The position numbers and the translations under genes are program-made. A DNA stretch of 64,000 nucleotides from an uncultured Gammaproteobacteria bacterium (GTDB taxonomy: Bacteria; Patescibacteriota; Microgenomatia; UBA12405; JAHJSD01): assembly GCA_964428655.1 (NCBI GenBank), contig CAYRYE010000001.1, positions 462,158 through 526,157 on the forward strand, read 5' to 3'. Under the pieces are notes generated by a model that searched no databases, was not told the DNA's origin, and worked only from the letters and a program-made list of their open reading frames with translations. Position 1 is the stretch's first letter. The number at the start of each line of letters is the position of its first letter. Shown here in pieces: positions 9,968 through 20,457 of this stretch.

Positions 9968-10272
9968 AAATTAATTCATCTCTCTTAACTAAATATAGAA
10001 TTAAGGCTTATTTATACTTCCTGAGCCTGGTGGTTCTTGTTAATGTTCTCATCTCTTTGGTAATTAACGCTGATTTGCTGGCCAACCAGAAGAAATACAT
10101 TGATCTGGAAAAATCAATTTCACAGCTAAGAGAGGAAAACAACAAGCTTAATCGCAAACTGGCCCATCTTTCCTCACTAACAATGATAAGCCAAGCCGCA
10201 GAAGAGATGGGTCTTGGCCATGACAAGAAAAATATTGTTTTTGTTTCTAAAAGTCAGTTCGCCAAGCGCTAA
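9964..10272 (+). CDS. ftsL: Cell division protein FtsL-like (single transmembrane segment plus coiled coil)
   Basis: A 102-aa protein with one transmembrane segment followed by a coiled coil (QLREENNKLNRKLAHL). It sits between rsmH and ftsI. Confidence 0.5.
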   Translation: MKINSSLLTKYRIKAYLYFLSLVVLVNVLISLVINADLLANQKKYIDLEKSISQLREENNKLNRKLAHLSSLTMISQAAEEMGLGHDKKNIVFVSKSQFAKR

Positions 10273-10274
10273 AG

Positions 10275-12014
10275 ATGGTTAAAAACCGCCTCTGTTTTTT
10301 TCTTCTTGGATTTAATCTTTTACTCTTAATGGTTTTGGCTAGGTTTTTCCACTGGCAAATCATTAATGGCGACCGGCTTTATGTGTTAGCCCAAGGGCAA
10401 AGATTTCAAATATCAGAAATTATCCCTTCACGGGGCAAGATTTACACTGCTGATGATTATCCGCTAGTTTTGAACAAGCCAGCTTTTTCACTTTATGCCT
10501 ATTTGCCCAATATTGACACCGAACCAAATTCTTTGGCTAAAAAGTTGGCGCCGTTACTGGCCGAGCAACAGAAAATTGAAGAATCAACCCAGTCCGCCAT
10601 CAAGGATTACCAAGAATTAGTTGAGGAAGAAACTGAATTAATTAAAGCTAAACTTTCTAGCGGGAAAAAATGGCTGATTTTAAAACGAACTATAGGGGGC
10701 GAAACAAAAGAAACGATCGAGGCTTTTAATATAAAGGGCCTTGGTTTTCAGCAAGAAAGCGACAGGGATTACCCTGAGGCGAGTATGGCAGCTCACTTAT
10801 TGGGATTTGTGGGATTGGATAAAAACTCAAAACCAAAAGGATATTTCGGTCTAGAAGGTTTCTATAACCAGCAGTTATCCGGCGCCTCCGGCTTGATCGT
10901 TGACGAAAAAAACGTTTTTGGCAAGCCAATTTTTTCTGGGAAAAGAGTAGAAGAGGCAATGCAGCCAGGTTTAAACCTGGCTCTTTATTTAGAAAGGCCG
11001 GCCCAGTTTATCCTTGAAAAAGAACTCAAAAAGGGGATTGAGAAATACCAGGCTAAGTCTGGCTGGGGGCTAATCCTTGAACCCTTTACCGGGGGAATTT
11101 TAGCCATGGCTAATTTTCCCGGCTATGATCCTAGGAAATACTCCTCATCTGAAGAAGAATTATTTTCTAATCCAATTGTTGCCGAAGGGTTTGAGCCGGG
11201 ATCAATTTTTAAACCTATAGTTATGGCAGCTGCTTTGGAAAAAGGCGTTGTCAAACCAGAGACTAAGTGTTCCTTTTGTCACGGTCCAAAAAGAATAACT
11301 GATCACGAAATCAAAACTTGGAACAATCAATACCGCCCTAACCCTACCATGAAAGAAGTGATTCAATACTCAGATAATATAGGTATGGTTTTCGTCTCGG
11401 AAAAACTTGGCAAGAAAAATATTTTGGCTTTTCTTAAAAAATTTGGTTTTGATCAAAAAACAGGAATTGATCTTCAGGGAGAGGCCTCACTTTCCATCAG
11501 GCCGGAAAACCAATGGTATCCTCTTGATCTGGCTACGGTTTCCTTTGGCCAGGGCATTTCAATTACCCCTATCCAAATTACTAGGGCTTTTGCCGCCTTA
11601 GCTAACGGAGGGAAATTAATCAAACCCAGAGTAGTGAAGAAAGTTTGGTCCGACGACAACAAAATTGAACTGGTTGAAAAAAGGGGGGAGGAGGAAATAA
11701 TTTCGCCTGAAACTACTGACCAGATAAGAGAAATGTTAGTTAACGCTGTGGAAAATGGAGAAGCCAAATGGATCAAGCCTGAAAGGCTGGTAGTCGCCGG
11801 CAAAACCGGCACTGCTCAAATTCCCATAAGGGGCCATTATGATGAAGAGAAAACAATTGCCTCTTTTATTGGTTTTGCCCCGGCCAACGATCCTAAGTTT
11901 GTAATGTTAATCAGCTTAAGAGAACCGGGCACTTCCCCTTGGGGTTCAGAGACAGCCGCTCCGGTTTGGTTTAGTATCGCCGACCAATTGGCTTACTTAT
12001 GGAATTTGTTATAA
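10275..12014 (+). CDS. ftsI: Class B penicillin-binding protein (FtsI/PBP2-type transpeptidase)
   Basis: N-terminal membrane anchor, a PBP dimerisation region, and transpeptidase motifs (the S-x-x-K region, S-x-N, and KTGTA at VVAGKTGTAQI). Confidence 0.85.
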   Translation: MVKNRLCFFLLGFNLLLLMVLARFFHWQIINGDRLYVLAQGQRFQISEIIPSRGKIYTADDYPLVLNKPAFSLYAYLPNIDTEPNSLAKKLAPLLAEQQKIEESTQSAIKDYQELVEEETELIKAKLSSGKKWLILKRTIGGETKETIEAFNIKGLGFQQESDRDYPEASMAAHLLGFVGLDKNSKPKGYFGLEGFYNQQLSGASGLIVDEKNVFGKPIFSGKRVEEAMQPGLNLALYLERPAQFILEKELKKGIEKYQAKSGWGLILEPFTGGILAMANFPGYDPRKYSSSEEELFSNPIVAEGFEPGSIFKPIVMAAALEKGVVKPETKCSFCHGPKRITDHEIKTWNNQYRPNPTMKEVIQYSDNIGMVFVSEKLGKKNILAFLKKFGFDQKTGIDLQGEASLSIRPENQWYPLDLATVSFGQGISITPIQITRAFAALANGGKLIKPRVVKKVWSDDNKIELVEKRGEEEIISPETTDQIREMLVNAVENGEAKWIKPERLVVAGKTGTAQIPIRGHYDEEKTIASFIGFAPANDPKFVMLISLREPGTSPWGSETAAPVWFSIADQLAYLWNLL

Positions 12015-12029
12015 AATCATTACCGGTAG

Positions 12030-13121
12030 ATGAATTTAAAAGCTACCAAAAAAGGTATTGATTGGACGATATTAGTTTTCGCGCTGGGATTTGTTATCCT
12101 TGGCTTAGTGATGATTGGGGATATCTCCTTAATTGAGGCAGAAATGAACTTTGGTGACAAATTTTACTTTCTTAAACGCCAACTTACCTGGGCTTTATTG
12201 GGAGGGGTTTCATTATTTTTAACCTCCCAGTTAAACTACCACTTTCTAAAAAAGCTTTCTAGGATAATTTTTATCTTAGCCCTCATTCTCCTAGCCTTAA
12301 TTTTTGTTCCTGGGATGGGAATCAGCGCTTACGGCGCCAAAAGGTGGATTAATTTAGGATTTATTAATTTTCAACCGGTAGAATTAATCAAACTATCATC
12401 TATCATTTATTTTTCATCTTTACTCACGCAAAAAGAAAGAAGACCGTTTTGGCAGCAATTGTTTATCCTGTCAGTTCCCGTATTGTTAATTCTTCTTGAG
12501 CCGGATTTTGGGTCAACCGTGTTACTGGTTAGCCTGGTTGGACTGCTTTGGTTCCTGTCGGGAGAAAATCTTGTTCAACTGTTTTCCATAGCAATAATTG
12601 GTTTGGTGGCGGGCGGATTCCTGATTCTCGCTTCTCCCTATCGCAAACAGAGAGTTTTGGGCTTGCTGGACCCGTTTTATGATCCCCAGGGAAAATCCTA
12701 CCACGTTTACCAATTAGTTTTAACTTTAGGGTCAGGCGGGTGGTCGGGTAGAGGTATGGGTAATTCACGCCAGAAATATCGGTATCTCCCTGAAGCGACT
12801 ACCGATTCGATTATTGCTTTGATCGCCGAGGAATTTGGCTTTTTGGGAATAGCCTTATTCTTGTTCCTTTTTGCCTTTTTTATTAAGCGCTGTTTTCAAA
12901 TCGCTAATTCTGTCCCTGATCCGTTTGGTCAACTTTTGGCCAGCGGCATTACGGGATTAATCGCCATTCAGGGAATTATTAACTTGGGAGCAGTAGCGGT
13001 TATCTTTCCTCTGACGGGAATGCCTTTTCCCTTTGTTTCTTATGGCGGCTCCTCCTTGATCACTTTAATGGCAGCCACTGGTATATTGCTTAATATTTCC
13101 CGTTATCGAAAACCGAGATGA
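12030..13121 (+). CDS. ftsW: SEDS-family peptidoglycan glycosyltransferase (FtsW)
   Basis: A polytopic membrane protein with the SEDS motifs PDFGS, TDSIIALIAEEFGF and FP..GMPFPFVSYGGSS. It lies between ftsI and murG. Confidence 0.8.
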   Translation: MNLKATKKGIDWTILVFALGFVILGLVMIGDISLIEAEMNFGDKFYFLKRQLTWALLGGVSLFLTSQLNYHFLKKLSRIIFILALILLALIFVPGMGISAYGAKRWINLGFINFQPVELIKLSSIIYFSSLLTQKERRPFWQQLFILSVPVLLILLEPDFGSTVLLVSLVGLLWFLSGENLVQLFSIAIIGLVAGGFLILASPYRKQRVLGLLDPFYDPQGKSYHVYQLVLTLGSGGWSGRGMGNSRQKYRYLPEATTDSIIALIAEEFGFLGIALFLFLFAFFIKRCFQIANSVPDPFGQLLASGITGLIAIQGIINLGAVAVIFPLTGMPFPFVSYGGSSLITLMAATGILLNISRYRKPR

Positions 13122-14224
13122 AAAAAATTGTTATTACTGGCGGACATCTAACTCCCGCTTTAGCATTAATCGATGAAATCAATAAAGAAAAGGAGAAGTG
13201 GCAGATATATTATTTTGGTAGAAAATATGCTCTTGAGGGCTTAAAAGAAAAATCTTTTGAATTCAGAAGCGTTTCAGAATTAAAGGAAATTAATTTTATT
13301 CCCATTACTACCGGCAGACTCCAAAGACGGTTTACTTCAAAAACAATCGTTAGCTTATTAAAAGTGCCTTTTGGCTTTTTACAAACCTTGTTTTACCTGA
13401 TTAGAATTAAACCTAACCTAGTTGTCTCTTTTGGGGGTTATCTGTCTGTTCCGGCCGTAATTAGCGCTTCAATGTTAGGAATTCCATCACTCACCCACAG
13501 TCAAACCTCAGCGCTGGGATTATCAGACAAGATTAACTCCCTGTTTGCAAAAAAAATTGCTGTTTCATTTCCGTCAGTCTTAAACAAATTGCCTCAAGAG
13601 AAAACAACTCTTACTGGTAATCCTTTGAGAAAAGAAATCTTTCAAAAAAAAGCGCCGGCAGAATCAGAACTTTTTACCAAATTAAAGAATGAAAAAAAGC
13701 CTCTCCTTTATATCACTGGAGGCAAAACCGGTTCAAAAACCATTAATGCTGTTGTTAAACAGGCCCTTCCGGACCTAACAAAACATTTTTTTGTTTTACA
13801 TCAAATTGGTTTAGACAAAACTGTAGAGCCCATTATGAAAAAAAATTACATTGCCACTAGGTTTATCCAAAGAGAAGACATTGGTTGGGTTCTAAGCAAG
13901 GCTGAGTTAGTCGTATCTCGCTCTGGCATCAACTATGTTTTAGAGTTTGCCTTTTTGGGGAAAAAGGCAATCCTGGTCCCAATTCCCTGGTCTTCGGGTG
14001 ACGAACAGAAAAAAAATGCTCAATTTCTTGTTGAGCTGGGATTGGCAAAAATCATTCCTCAGTCGAAATTAGCCCCCAAGCATTTAGTGAAGGAAGTTTT
14101 GCGATTAGATAAAAAGCCTGTTAATTTAAATTATCCTCTCTGGTGGTCTGAGGTTAATCCCCAAAAGGCAGCTAAGAAAATTTGGCTGTTGGCAAAAGAT
14201 ATCTCAAAGGATCATGAAATTTAA
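13118..14224 (+). CDS. murG: UDP-N-acetylglucosamine--N-acetylmuramyl-(pentapeptide) pyrophosphoryl-undecaprenol N-acetylglucosamine transferase MurG
   Basis: MKKIVITGGHLTPALAL has the MurG G-loop, and the protein has GT28 architecture. Its position in the dcw cluster fits. Confidence 0.8.
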   Translation: MKKIVITGGHLTPALALIDEINKEKEKWQIYYFGRKYALEGLKEKSFEFRSVSELKEINFIPITTGRLQRRFTSKTIVSLLKVPFGFLQTLFYLIRIKPNLVVSFGGYLSVPAVISASMLGIPSLTHSQTSALGLSDKINSLFAKKIAVSFPSVLNKLPQEKTTLTGNPLRKEIFQKKAPAESELFTKLKNEKKPLLYITGGKTGSKTINAVVKQALPDLTKHFFVLHQIGLDKTVEPIMKKNYIATRFIQREDIGWVLSKAELVVSRSGINYVLEFAFLGKKAILVPIPWSSGDEQKKNAQFLVELGLAKIIPQSKLAPKHLVKEVLRLDKKPVNLNYPLWWSEVNPQKAAKKIWLLAKDISKDHEI

Positions 14225-14627
14225 AAGGTTTTTCTTAGCCTTGTTAATTGCTGTTATTGTTTTATTTTTTGAATTCAAACTAATCCCTCTTGTTCTGCAA
14301 AAATCAAGACTCGGACAGCCAAAAATGATTTCTCCCCTGCAAAAAGCAGAAAAAGCTAAGTTTGAGCTAATTTCTGTCTTAAGAGAAACAGGGTTAAAAG
14401 ACGTCCTAGGGCCTTTTACAAAAGAAGAGATTAATGGAATGGAAATAGTTATCCGAGTTAATGATCAACTATTAAAAGTTCTTTTTTCTACCGAAAGAGA
14501 ACCCAGAGCTCAACTTACCTCTTTGCAATTAATTTTGAAAGAGTCTAAAATAATAGAGAGTTTTAACGATGGTAAGCCACCAAAATTAATTGATTTAAGC
14601 AGCGACAAACCATATGTCTCGTTCTGA
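14214..14627 (+). CDS. Small FtsQ/DivIB-like cell division protein (candidate)
   Basis: A 137-aa protein with one N-terminal transmembrane segment, sitting between murG and ftsA where ftsQ normally lies. It has no strong motif, so the call rests on position. Confidence 0.3.
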   Translation: MKFKRFFLALLIAVIVLFFEFKLIPLVLQKSRLGQPKMISPLQKAEKAKFELISVLRETGLKDVLGPFTKEEINGMEIVIRVNDQLLKVLFSTEREPRAQLTSLQLILKESKIIESFNDGKPPKLIDLSSDKPYVSF

Positions 14628-15879
14628 TTTAGTTGTTGGCATTGATATTGGAAGTACCAAAATCACTACTTTGGTTGGCCAGTACTTTGCTGAAGAAGAG
14701 AGAATAAATATTATCGGTGTAGCCAATCACCCGGCAGATGGAATTCGGAAAGGGCAAATTGTTGACATTGAGAGAGCCACCGAGTCGTTAATCCAGAGCA
14801 TTGAGGCCGCAGAAAGAATGGCGGGTTACTCGATATCAGAGGCCTTTGTCAGTTTATCAGCACCTCATGTGCAATCAATTAACTCACAAGGGGTGGTGGC
14901 AGTTGCTGACCCCAATGAGGAGATAGTTTCTGAAGATGTCCAGAGAGTCATTGAGGCCGCCAGAGCCATTTCCCTTCCCTCCTCAAGAGAAATTCTCCAT
15001 GTTATTCCCCGCCACTTTACCGTTGACGGAGAAGGGGGAGTTATCGATCCGGTCGGGATGAGCGGCGTTAGGCTGGAAGTTGAGTCTCATATCACTACTG
15101 TTTCTTCCCCTGCGCTTAAAAATTTAAGCAAATGCGTTAATGAAGCGGGCGTGAAGATTATTAGTTTTGTCTTTGCCGGTTTTGCCGCCGCTGAATCAGT
15201 TTTAACCACAACAGAAAAGGAATTAGGGGTAATCCTGATTGACATTGGCGGCGGAGTGACCACAATAACAATTTACAGCGAAGGAGGCCCTTCCTACTCA
15301 AGAGTTATTCCCGTAGGAGCTAAGAACATCACCAATGATCTAGCCATTGGCTTAAGGCTTTCATTGGACGAAGCAGAAAAGTTAAAAATAGCCTTAGACA
15401 AACATAAGAGCGACAATGATGACGATGAAGTCTCCTTAAAAAAATTACAAATAGGGAAAGAGGACAGAAAAATTTCTATAAAAACAGCTCTTGACGGCAT
15501 CGTAGCTCCTCGTCTAAATGAAATTTTTTCCCTAATTGGAGAGGAAATAAAAGAGAGTGGTTTTGGCGGCGCTACCCCAGCCGGATTGGTTCTTGTTGGC
15601 GGAGGGGCAAAAACAACTAACATTAAATATAATTGTCAAAAAATTCTTGGTTTACCGGTAAGGATCGGCATCCCTGAAAAGTTTGGCGGAATTATAGATG
15701 ACATACTTTCCCCGGAATATGCTTCGTCATTGGGATTAATACTCTATGGGATTAGACAAAAACGAACCAGAAAACTTTCACCTCACCGGCTATTTGACTT
15801 AAGTAAATTAGGTAAAAAATTACCCATTAAAGGAGCAATTCAAAAGGTCTCAGACCTATTGCGACCGTTATTACCCTAG
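14614..15879 (+). CDS. ftsA: Cell division protein FtsA
   Basis: The actin-fold start [16 protein letters not shown] and ATPase motifs ([10 protein letters not shown]). It is immediately upstream of ftsZ. Confidence 0.85.
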   Translation: MSRSDLVVGIDIGSTKITTLVGQYFAEEERINIIGVANHPADGIRKGQIVDIERATESLIQSIEAAERMAGYSISEAFVSLSAPHVQSINSQGVVAVADPNEEIVSEDVQRVIEAARAISLPSSREILHVIPRHFTVDGEGGVIDPVGMSGVRLEVESHITTVSSPALKNLSKCVNEAGVKIISFVFAGFAAAESVLTTTEKELGVILIDIGGGVTTITIYSEGGPSYSRVIPVGAKNITNDLAIGLRLSLDEAEKLKIALDKHKSDNDDDEVSLKKLQIGKEDRKISIKTALDGIVAPRLNEIFSLIGEEIKESGFGGATPAGLVLVGGGAKTTNIKYNCQKILGLPVRIGIPEKFGGIIDDILSPEYASSLGLILYGIRQKRTRKLSPHRLFDLSKLGKKLPIKGAIQKVSDLLRPLLP

Positions 15880-15880
15880 A

Positions 15881-17053
15881 ATGGCTTTAGTTGATCCCAG
15901 TCCCAGTCAAGTTGCCACGGTAAAAGTAGTTGGTGTTGGCGGCGCCGGCGGAAACGCAATTAATCACATGATTGACACCAGCCAAATCCAGGGAGTAGAG
16001 TTTATCGCCTTTAATACTGACGCTCAAGCGCTCTTAATATCTAAGTCTGAAACCAAAATTCAAATTGGGGAAAAGACAACCCGAGGCCTAGGTTCCGGCG
16101 GCAAACCTAAAATAGGTAAAAAATCAGCAGAAGAATCAAAAGAGAAAATTAAAGATCTCCTGAAGGGCGCTGATATGGTTTTTATCACTGGCGGAATGGG
16201 TGGCGGAACAGCGAGCGGGGGCGCTCCGGTAATTGCCCAAATTGCCAAAGAAGAACTAGGCGCTTTAACCATTGGCGTTGTTACTAAGCCCTTCATGTTT
16301 GAAGGGACAAGAAGAATGGTAATTGCCGAGGAATCTGTTAATAAACTTAGGGAAAAACTTGACACCTTAATCGTTGTTCCTAACCAGAGATTGATGGAAA
16401 TTGCGGGCAAGAAAATGACTTTGCTGGAAGCCTTTGAACTGGCGAATTCTGTTTTATCTGAGGGAGTCCAAGGGATTTCTGATTTAATCACTACACCTGG
16501 CTTGATCAATCTTGATTTTGCTGATGTTAAGTCAATTATGAAAGATGCCGGAACTGCTCTTCTTGGAGTTGGCTACGGCTCCGGTGAAAATCGAGCCCAA
16601 AAAGCCATTCAAGAGGCCATTTCTTCACGTCTTTTAGATGTCACTATTGAGGGCGCAAGAGGGATCCTTCTCAGCATCAGCGGCGGCCCTGATTTAACCA
16701 TGTCTGAAATAGAAGAAGCAACAAAGAATATTACCAACCAGGTTGGCGGCGATGCCAACATTATTTTCGGGGCTAATATTATCAGCAATATGAAAGGCGT
16801 TAAGATTACCATCGTGGCTACTGGCTTTGATGAAGCTCAGAAAGCGCTGGCAAAACTGGTCAAAAACGATAAACCAAGAATTTCCGGTATTGTTAGCGAT
16901 TATCAGGGGGCAAAAGCTCCTTCCAAAAAAGTTAATAAAAAGAAAACATCAAAAAAGAAAAAAAAGCTGCCTTTTTCTAAAAAAGACCTCCCTGAGGGGG
17001 TTGAAATTACTGATGAATTTGATATTCCTTCATTCTTGAGAAAACAGCAATAA
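15881..17053 (+). CDS. ftsZ: Cell division GTPase FtsZ
   Basis: The tubulin signature GGGTGSG appears as [19 protein letters not shown]. The T7 loop is present, and the C-terminal peptide DIPSFLRKQ is the FtsA/ZipA-binding tail. Confidence 0.95.
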   Translation: MALVDPSPSQVATVKVVGVGGAGGNAINHMIDTSQIQGVEFIAFNTDAQALLISKSETKIQIGEKTTRGLGSGGKPKIGKKSAEESKEKIKDLLKGADMVFITGGMGGGTASGGAPVIAQIAKEELGALTIGVVTKPFMFEGTRRMVIAEESVNKLREKLDTLIVVPNQRLMEIAGKKMTLLEAFELANSVLSEGVQGISDLITTPGLINLDFADVKSIMKDAGTALLGVGYGSGENRAQKAIQEAISSRLLDVTIEGARGILLSISGGPDLTMSEIEEATKNITNQVGGDANIIFGANIISNMKGVKITIVATGFDEAQKALAKLVKNDKPRISGIVSDYQGAKAPSKKVNKKKTSKKKKKLPFSKKDLPEGVEITDEFDIPSFLRKQQ

Positions 17054-17054
17054 G

Positions 17055-18059
17055 ATGCTTTCAGTTCTTTGCCTATCTCTGCTTAACTTATTAATGCTTT
17101 GGGGTTTAGAAAAAGATTTATTTTGGCGGCAGCTTTTCTTCTGGGGTTTAGGCGCCCTTTTATTTTACTTAGGGAAGAGTTTAGGCGCGAAAGGGCTGTT
17201 TTCTCTGGGGAAAAAAATATATGTATTTGCCATTCTTTTTTTACTGCCTCCCTTGCTCCTTGGCAAAGCAATTCGGGGTTCTTCGCGGTGGATTAACATA
17301 GCCGGGCTTTCTATTCAACCATCAGAATTAGTAAAACCCTTGTTGGTTGGTTTTATTGCTTGGCAACTGACTCGTAGAAAAATTAAGCGATTTGGAGAAT
17401 TAATTCTAATGATTATTACGGCAATCATTCCTGCCCTTTTGATTATGCTTCAACCCAATCTTGGAAGCGGAACTATTGTTTTTGCCACTTTGTTGTTTTT
17501 AATTTTTATTGCCAAACCAGAGCTCAAATGGTGGCTGCCGTTAATATTGATCTTCAGTTTAACTATTCTAATTGGCGGCAATAAACTGTTTCATCCCTAC
17601 CAAGTGGCTAGAATCGAAAGCTTCTTCAATCCTTACCAGGATCCTCTGGGGAAAGGCTATAATTTAATTCAGGCCAAGCTGGCTGTCGGCTCCGGCGGAT
17701 TTTTTGGCAGAGGATTTGGTTTAGGGAGACAAACACAGCTAAAATTTCTTCCCGAAAAACATACTGACTTTATCTTTGCCGCCATTGCCGAAGAACTTGG
17801 CTACCTAGGTGTCTTATTCACTCTTGGCTTTTACGCCTGGTTTTTTTTCTGGCTGCTCAAAAAAGTTTCTTTATCCAAAGATACGCTCACGTTTTACTTT
17901 AGAATTGGTATTTTTTTGCAGCTTTTTATACAAACTACATTAAACATTGCCATGAACCTGCAGCTTTTTCCAATCGCTGGCATTCCTCTGCCTTTTCTCT
18001 CCTATGGCGGCTCTTCATTGATCTCAACTCTTTTTTCCCTAGGACTATTTTTGATGTAA
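17055..18059 (+). CDS. Second SEDS-family protein (RodA/FtsW paralog)
   Basis: A polytopic membrane protein with SEDS motifs (PNLGSG, TDFIFAAIAEELGY, GIPLPFLSYGGSS). It lies directly after ftsZ. Confidence 0.75.
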   Translation: MLSVLCLSLLNLLMLWGLEKDLFWRQLFFWGLGALLFYLGKSLGAKGLFSLGKKIYVFAILFLLPPLLLGKAIRGSSRWINIAGLSIQPSELVKPLLVGFIAWQLTRRKIKRFGELILMIITAIIPALLIMLQPNLGSGTIVFATLLFLIFIAKPELKWWLPLILIFSLTILIGGNKLFHPYQVARIESFFNPYQDPLGKGYNLIQAKLAVGSGGFFGRGFGLGRQTQLKFLPEKHTDFIFAAIAEELGYLGVLFTLGFYAWFFFWLLKKVSLSKDTLTFYFRIGIFLQLFIQTTLNIAMNLQLFPIAGIPLPFLSYGGSSLISTLFSLGLFLM

Positions 18060-18084
18060 ATTATATTGTATAATCACAACCGTA

Positions 18085-18438
18085 ATGACTTACGCAATTA
18101 TCGATTTTCAAGGACATCAATACCAAGTAAAAGAAGAGCAGGAATTGATCATTGATCGGTTGAAAGAGAAAGAAGGAAGCGAGATTGAAATTGATAATAT
18201 TCTCCTGATTAATGAGAATGGTAAAATCAAAATTGGTACTCCTTTGGTGAAAGGGGCTAAAGTCACCGCAAAAGTTTTAGAACATTTTAAGGGTAAAAAG
18301 ATTAGGGTTGCCACATACAAGGCTAAATCTCGATACAGAAGAGTTAAGGGTTTCAGGCCTTACTTAACTAAGATAAAGATTAAGAAAATTAAAAGTCCCA
18401 AAAGAAAGATAACCAAGAATGGCAAAAACAAAAGCTAA
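18085..18438 (+). CDS. rplU: 50S ribosomal protein L21
   Basis: The N-terminus [17 protein letters not shown] matches the bL21 consensus. Confidence 0.9.
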   Translation: MTYAIIDFQGHQYQVKEEQELIIDRLKEKEGSEIEIDNILLINENGKIKIGTPLVKGAKVTAKVLEHFKGKKIRVATYKAKSRYRRVKGFRPYLTKIKIKKIKSPKRKITKNGKNKS

Positions 18439-18664
18439 GGGCAAAGTTGCTCAAAAAACACCCAGGCCGGGTAAGAGATTGGGATTAAAGATTTTTGGTG
18501 GTCAAAAAGCGGAAACGGGCAATATTATTATCCGCCAGCGAGGCACTAAGTTTCATGCTGGCGATGGAACTCGCTTGGGTCGTGATTTCACCATCTATGC
18601 TGTACGTAAAGGTGTAGTAAAATTTAAAGTAAAACAGGGGAAGAAAATGGTTTGCGTCCTGTAA
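18419..18664 (+). CDS. rpmA: 50S ribosomal protein L27
   Basis: [36 protein letters not shown] is the bL27 signature. Confidence 0.9.
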   Translation: MAKTKAKGKVAQKTPRPGKRLGLKIFGGQKAETGNIIIRQRGTKFHAGDGTRLGRDFTIYAVRKGVVKFKVKQGKKMVCVL

Positions 18665-18668
18665 CTAA

Positions 18669-19133
18669 ATGGTTGACCTTCAAAATTACAAGAACCTTGA
18701 TCCACTAGCCAGAGCTTTGCTGTTCAGGAATATTAAAGATGAAGAGAAAGTCAGCTATCAAAAAATCGCCAGAAGAATAAAGAAAAGTTCTTCTTATGTT
18801 GCTAATTCAATCAGGCTTCTGAATTTACCAATTGCCATCAAGGACGGAATAATAGGCGGCCTAATCAGCGAAGGTCATGCTCGGGCATTGGTAGCAATAA
18901 GAGATCAGAGAGATTGTGTTGAAATTTATAAAGAAGTTCTTAAGTCTCACGGGTCAGTTAGAGAAACTGAAGAAATGGTCCGTCAAAAGCTTAAAACAGG
19001 TAAAGCTCGTATAAACAAGAGTGCCATAGCCTTGATAAAGAAAAGTTTAGAGAAGATAATTAAGCAAAAATTTAAAGAAATCAAGGTTAAAGAAACCAGA
19101 CGGAAACTGCAAATTACTCTCACCAAACCTTAA
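18669..19133 (+). CDS. ParB-like protein consisting only of the HTH DNA-binding region; no N-terminal CTPase/Srx domain
   Basis: SYVANSIRLLNLPIAIKDGIIGGLISEGHARAL matches the ParB helix-turn-helix plus the following helix. At 154 aa, the protein starts at the HTH and lacks the GERRxRA arginine patch. Confidence 0.5.
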   Translation: MVDLQNYKNLDPLARALLFRNIKDEEKVSYQKIARRIKKSSSYVANSIRLLNLPIAIKDGIIGGLISEGHARALVAIRDQRDCVEIYKEVLKSHGSVRETEEMVRQKLKTGKARINKSAIALIKKSLEKIIKQKFKEIKVKETRRKLQITLTKP

Positions 19134-19137
19134 ATTA

Positions 19138-19707
19138 CTAGTATTCGCCTTGTTCGACAACTCCTAGGGATTGAACCGGCCAGTAGCGGATTACAGCCCG
19201 GCCAACAATGTTTTCTTTTGGAACCGGACCAAATTCGCGGCCGTCACGAGAATGGGGTCGATTATCACCTAGCACTAAATATTCACCTTCAGATATAATA
19301 ATTGGTTTCCCTTCCCGCAAATAGCTGCCAGGGCTGGTGATAAAATCATCAGGAATATATTCCTCGTCTAAAAGCTCGCCATTGATCCAAATTCTGCCAT
19401 TGAGAACTCTTACTGTTTCTCCCGGCAAGCCAATAACCCTTTTAATATACTCACATTCATCTTCAGCGCAAGGCTCGCTGGGTGGAGCTTTAAAGACAAC
19501 TATTTCACCCCTTTCTGGTTCACGCAGGTGGAAACTGATTTTCTCAGTTAGAAGAAACTCTTTATTTTGAAAATTTGGAAGCATAGAATTTCCATGAACT
19601 TGATTTGGTTGGGCCACAAATAGGTACAAAAGCACAAAAACTGAAAGTGCCAGCACTAAAGCCTGAACTGAATCTAGAAAAAAGCTGAATATTCTCTTCA
19701 TCGTCAA
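19138..19707 (-). CDS. lepB: Signal peptidase I
   Basis: An N-terminal transmembrane segment, the catalytic Ser region in GNSMLPNF, the Lys region and the conserved GDNRPHSRDGREFG box. Confidence 0.85.
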   Translation of the reverse strand: MTMKRIFSFFLDSVQALVLALSVFVLLYLFVAQPNQVHGNSMLPNFQNKEFLLTEKISFHLREPERGEIVVFKAPPSEPCAEDECEYIKRVIGLPGETVRVLNGRIWINGELLDEEYIPDDFITSPGSYLREGKPIIISEGEYLVLGDNRPHSRDGREFGPVPKENIVGRAVIRYWPVQSLGVVEQGEY

Positions 19708-19755
19708 TGCTTCAGTTTATTGCTTTTGATATAATAGTTCAAGAGCTAATTCAAC

Positions 19756-19827
19756 GACTGCTTGGCTCAGTGGTAGAGCGCTTCGTTCACATCGAAGAGG
19801 TCGGGGGTTCAAATCCCTCAGCAGTCA
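19756..19827 (+). tRNA. tRNA-Val (anticodon CAC)
   Basis: A cloverleaf with acceptor GACTGCT/AGCAGTC, D-arm GGCTCAGTGGTAGAGC, anticodon loop TTCACAT and T-loop GGTTCAAATCC. No CCA is encoded. Confidence 0.8.
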
Positions 19828-19870
19828 CAAAAAGAGAGCTTTGTTTGCCTGCAACGGAACTATCTTACAC

Positions 19871-20305
19871 TTATACATTGCGTGTTAATTCTTCCCTTAA
19901 AGAAATAAGTTCTTGGGGGTTTAATAGAAGGAGGTCAAATTCAGAAGAATCGTCAGAATGATGCTTAACTCCTTCGAGAATAAAGTGACTGTTTGACTCG
20001 ACACAAACCAAAGTCAACAACGGCAATTCCAGGTCGGGAGTCATTTTAGAAATCTGCCACCATCTATAAGAGTCACTTTCCGTAGGAAAAAACAACTCCC
20101 ATTGACTTGAGTCTCTTACAAACTCCCATTGAACAGTTAAGGCATCCTCTAATTTACGACGGAATGAAAACCGTTCTAAAACTTTCATATCTTCAAGGCC
20201 TAGGGGCACCCAACGTTCATATAAGGAAAGTTCTATGCCACTTAAACTTTCGACAGGTGGGTTAAATGCCTGTTGAAGTGTGTTAGGTGTTCTATTGGAC
20301 CACAT
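19871..20305 (-). CDS. Hypothetical protein (Trp-rich, 144 aa), last gene of the hydrolase operon
   Basis: An ORF co-directional with and downstream of the 835-aa hydrolase. No recognisable motif. Confidence 0.35.
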   Translation of the reverse strand: MWSNRTPNTLQQAFNPPVESLSGIELSLYERWVPLGLEDMKVLERFSFRRKLEDALTVQWEFVRDSSQWELFFPTESDSYRWWQISKMTPDLELPLLTLVCVESNSHFILEGVKHHSDDSSEFDLLLLNPQELISLREELTRNV

Positions 20306-20457
20306 TCTATTTCATAATCAGGATGTTTGGATGTTGGAAGACGTAACATTGCCTGGCCAACAGAATCTGGCCTACCAAACATTAATCTCTCTGTCTCTAC
20401 CATTTGGCTATTATATCATCAGACAGCAAAGCTGGCTAAAAAAAGCATGACGCAAAT

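Noticed and set aside
19707-19961. 84-aa plus-strand ORF overlapping tRNA-Val
   Set aside because: It is entirely explained by the tRNA-Val gene at 19756-19827 and its flanks. It has no ribosome-binding site and a low-complexity product.
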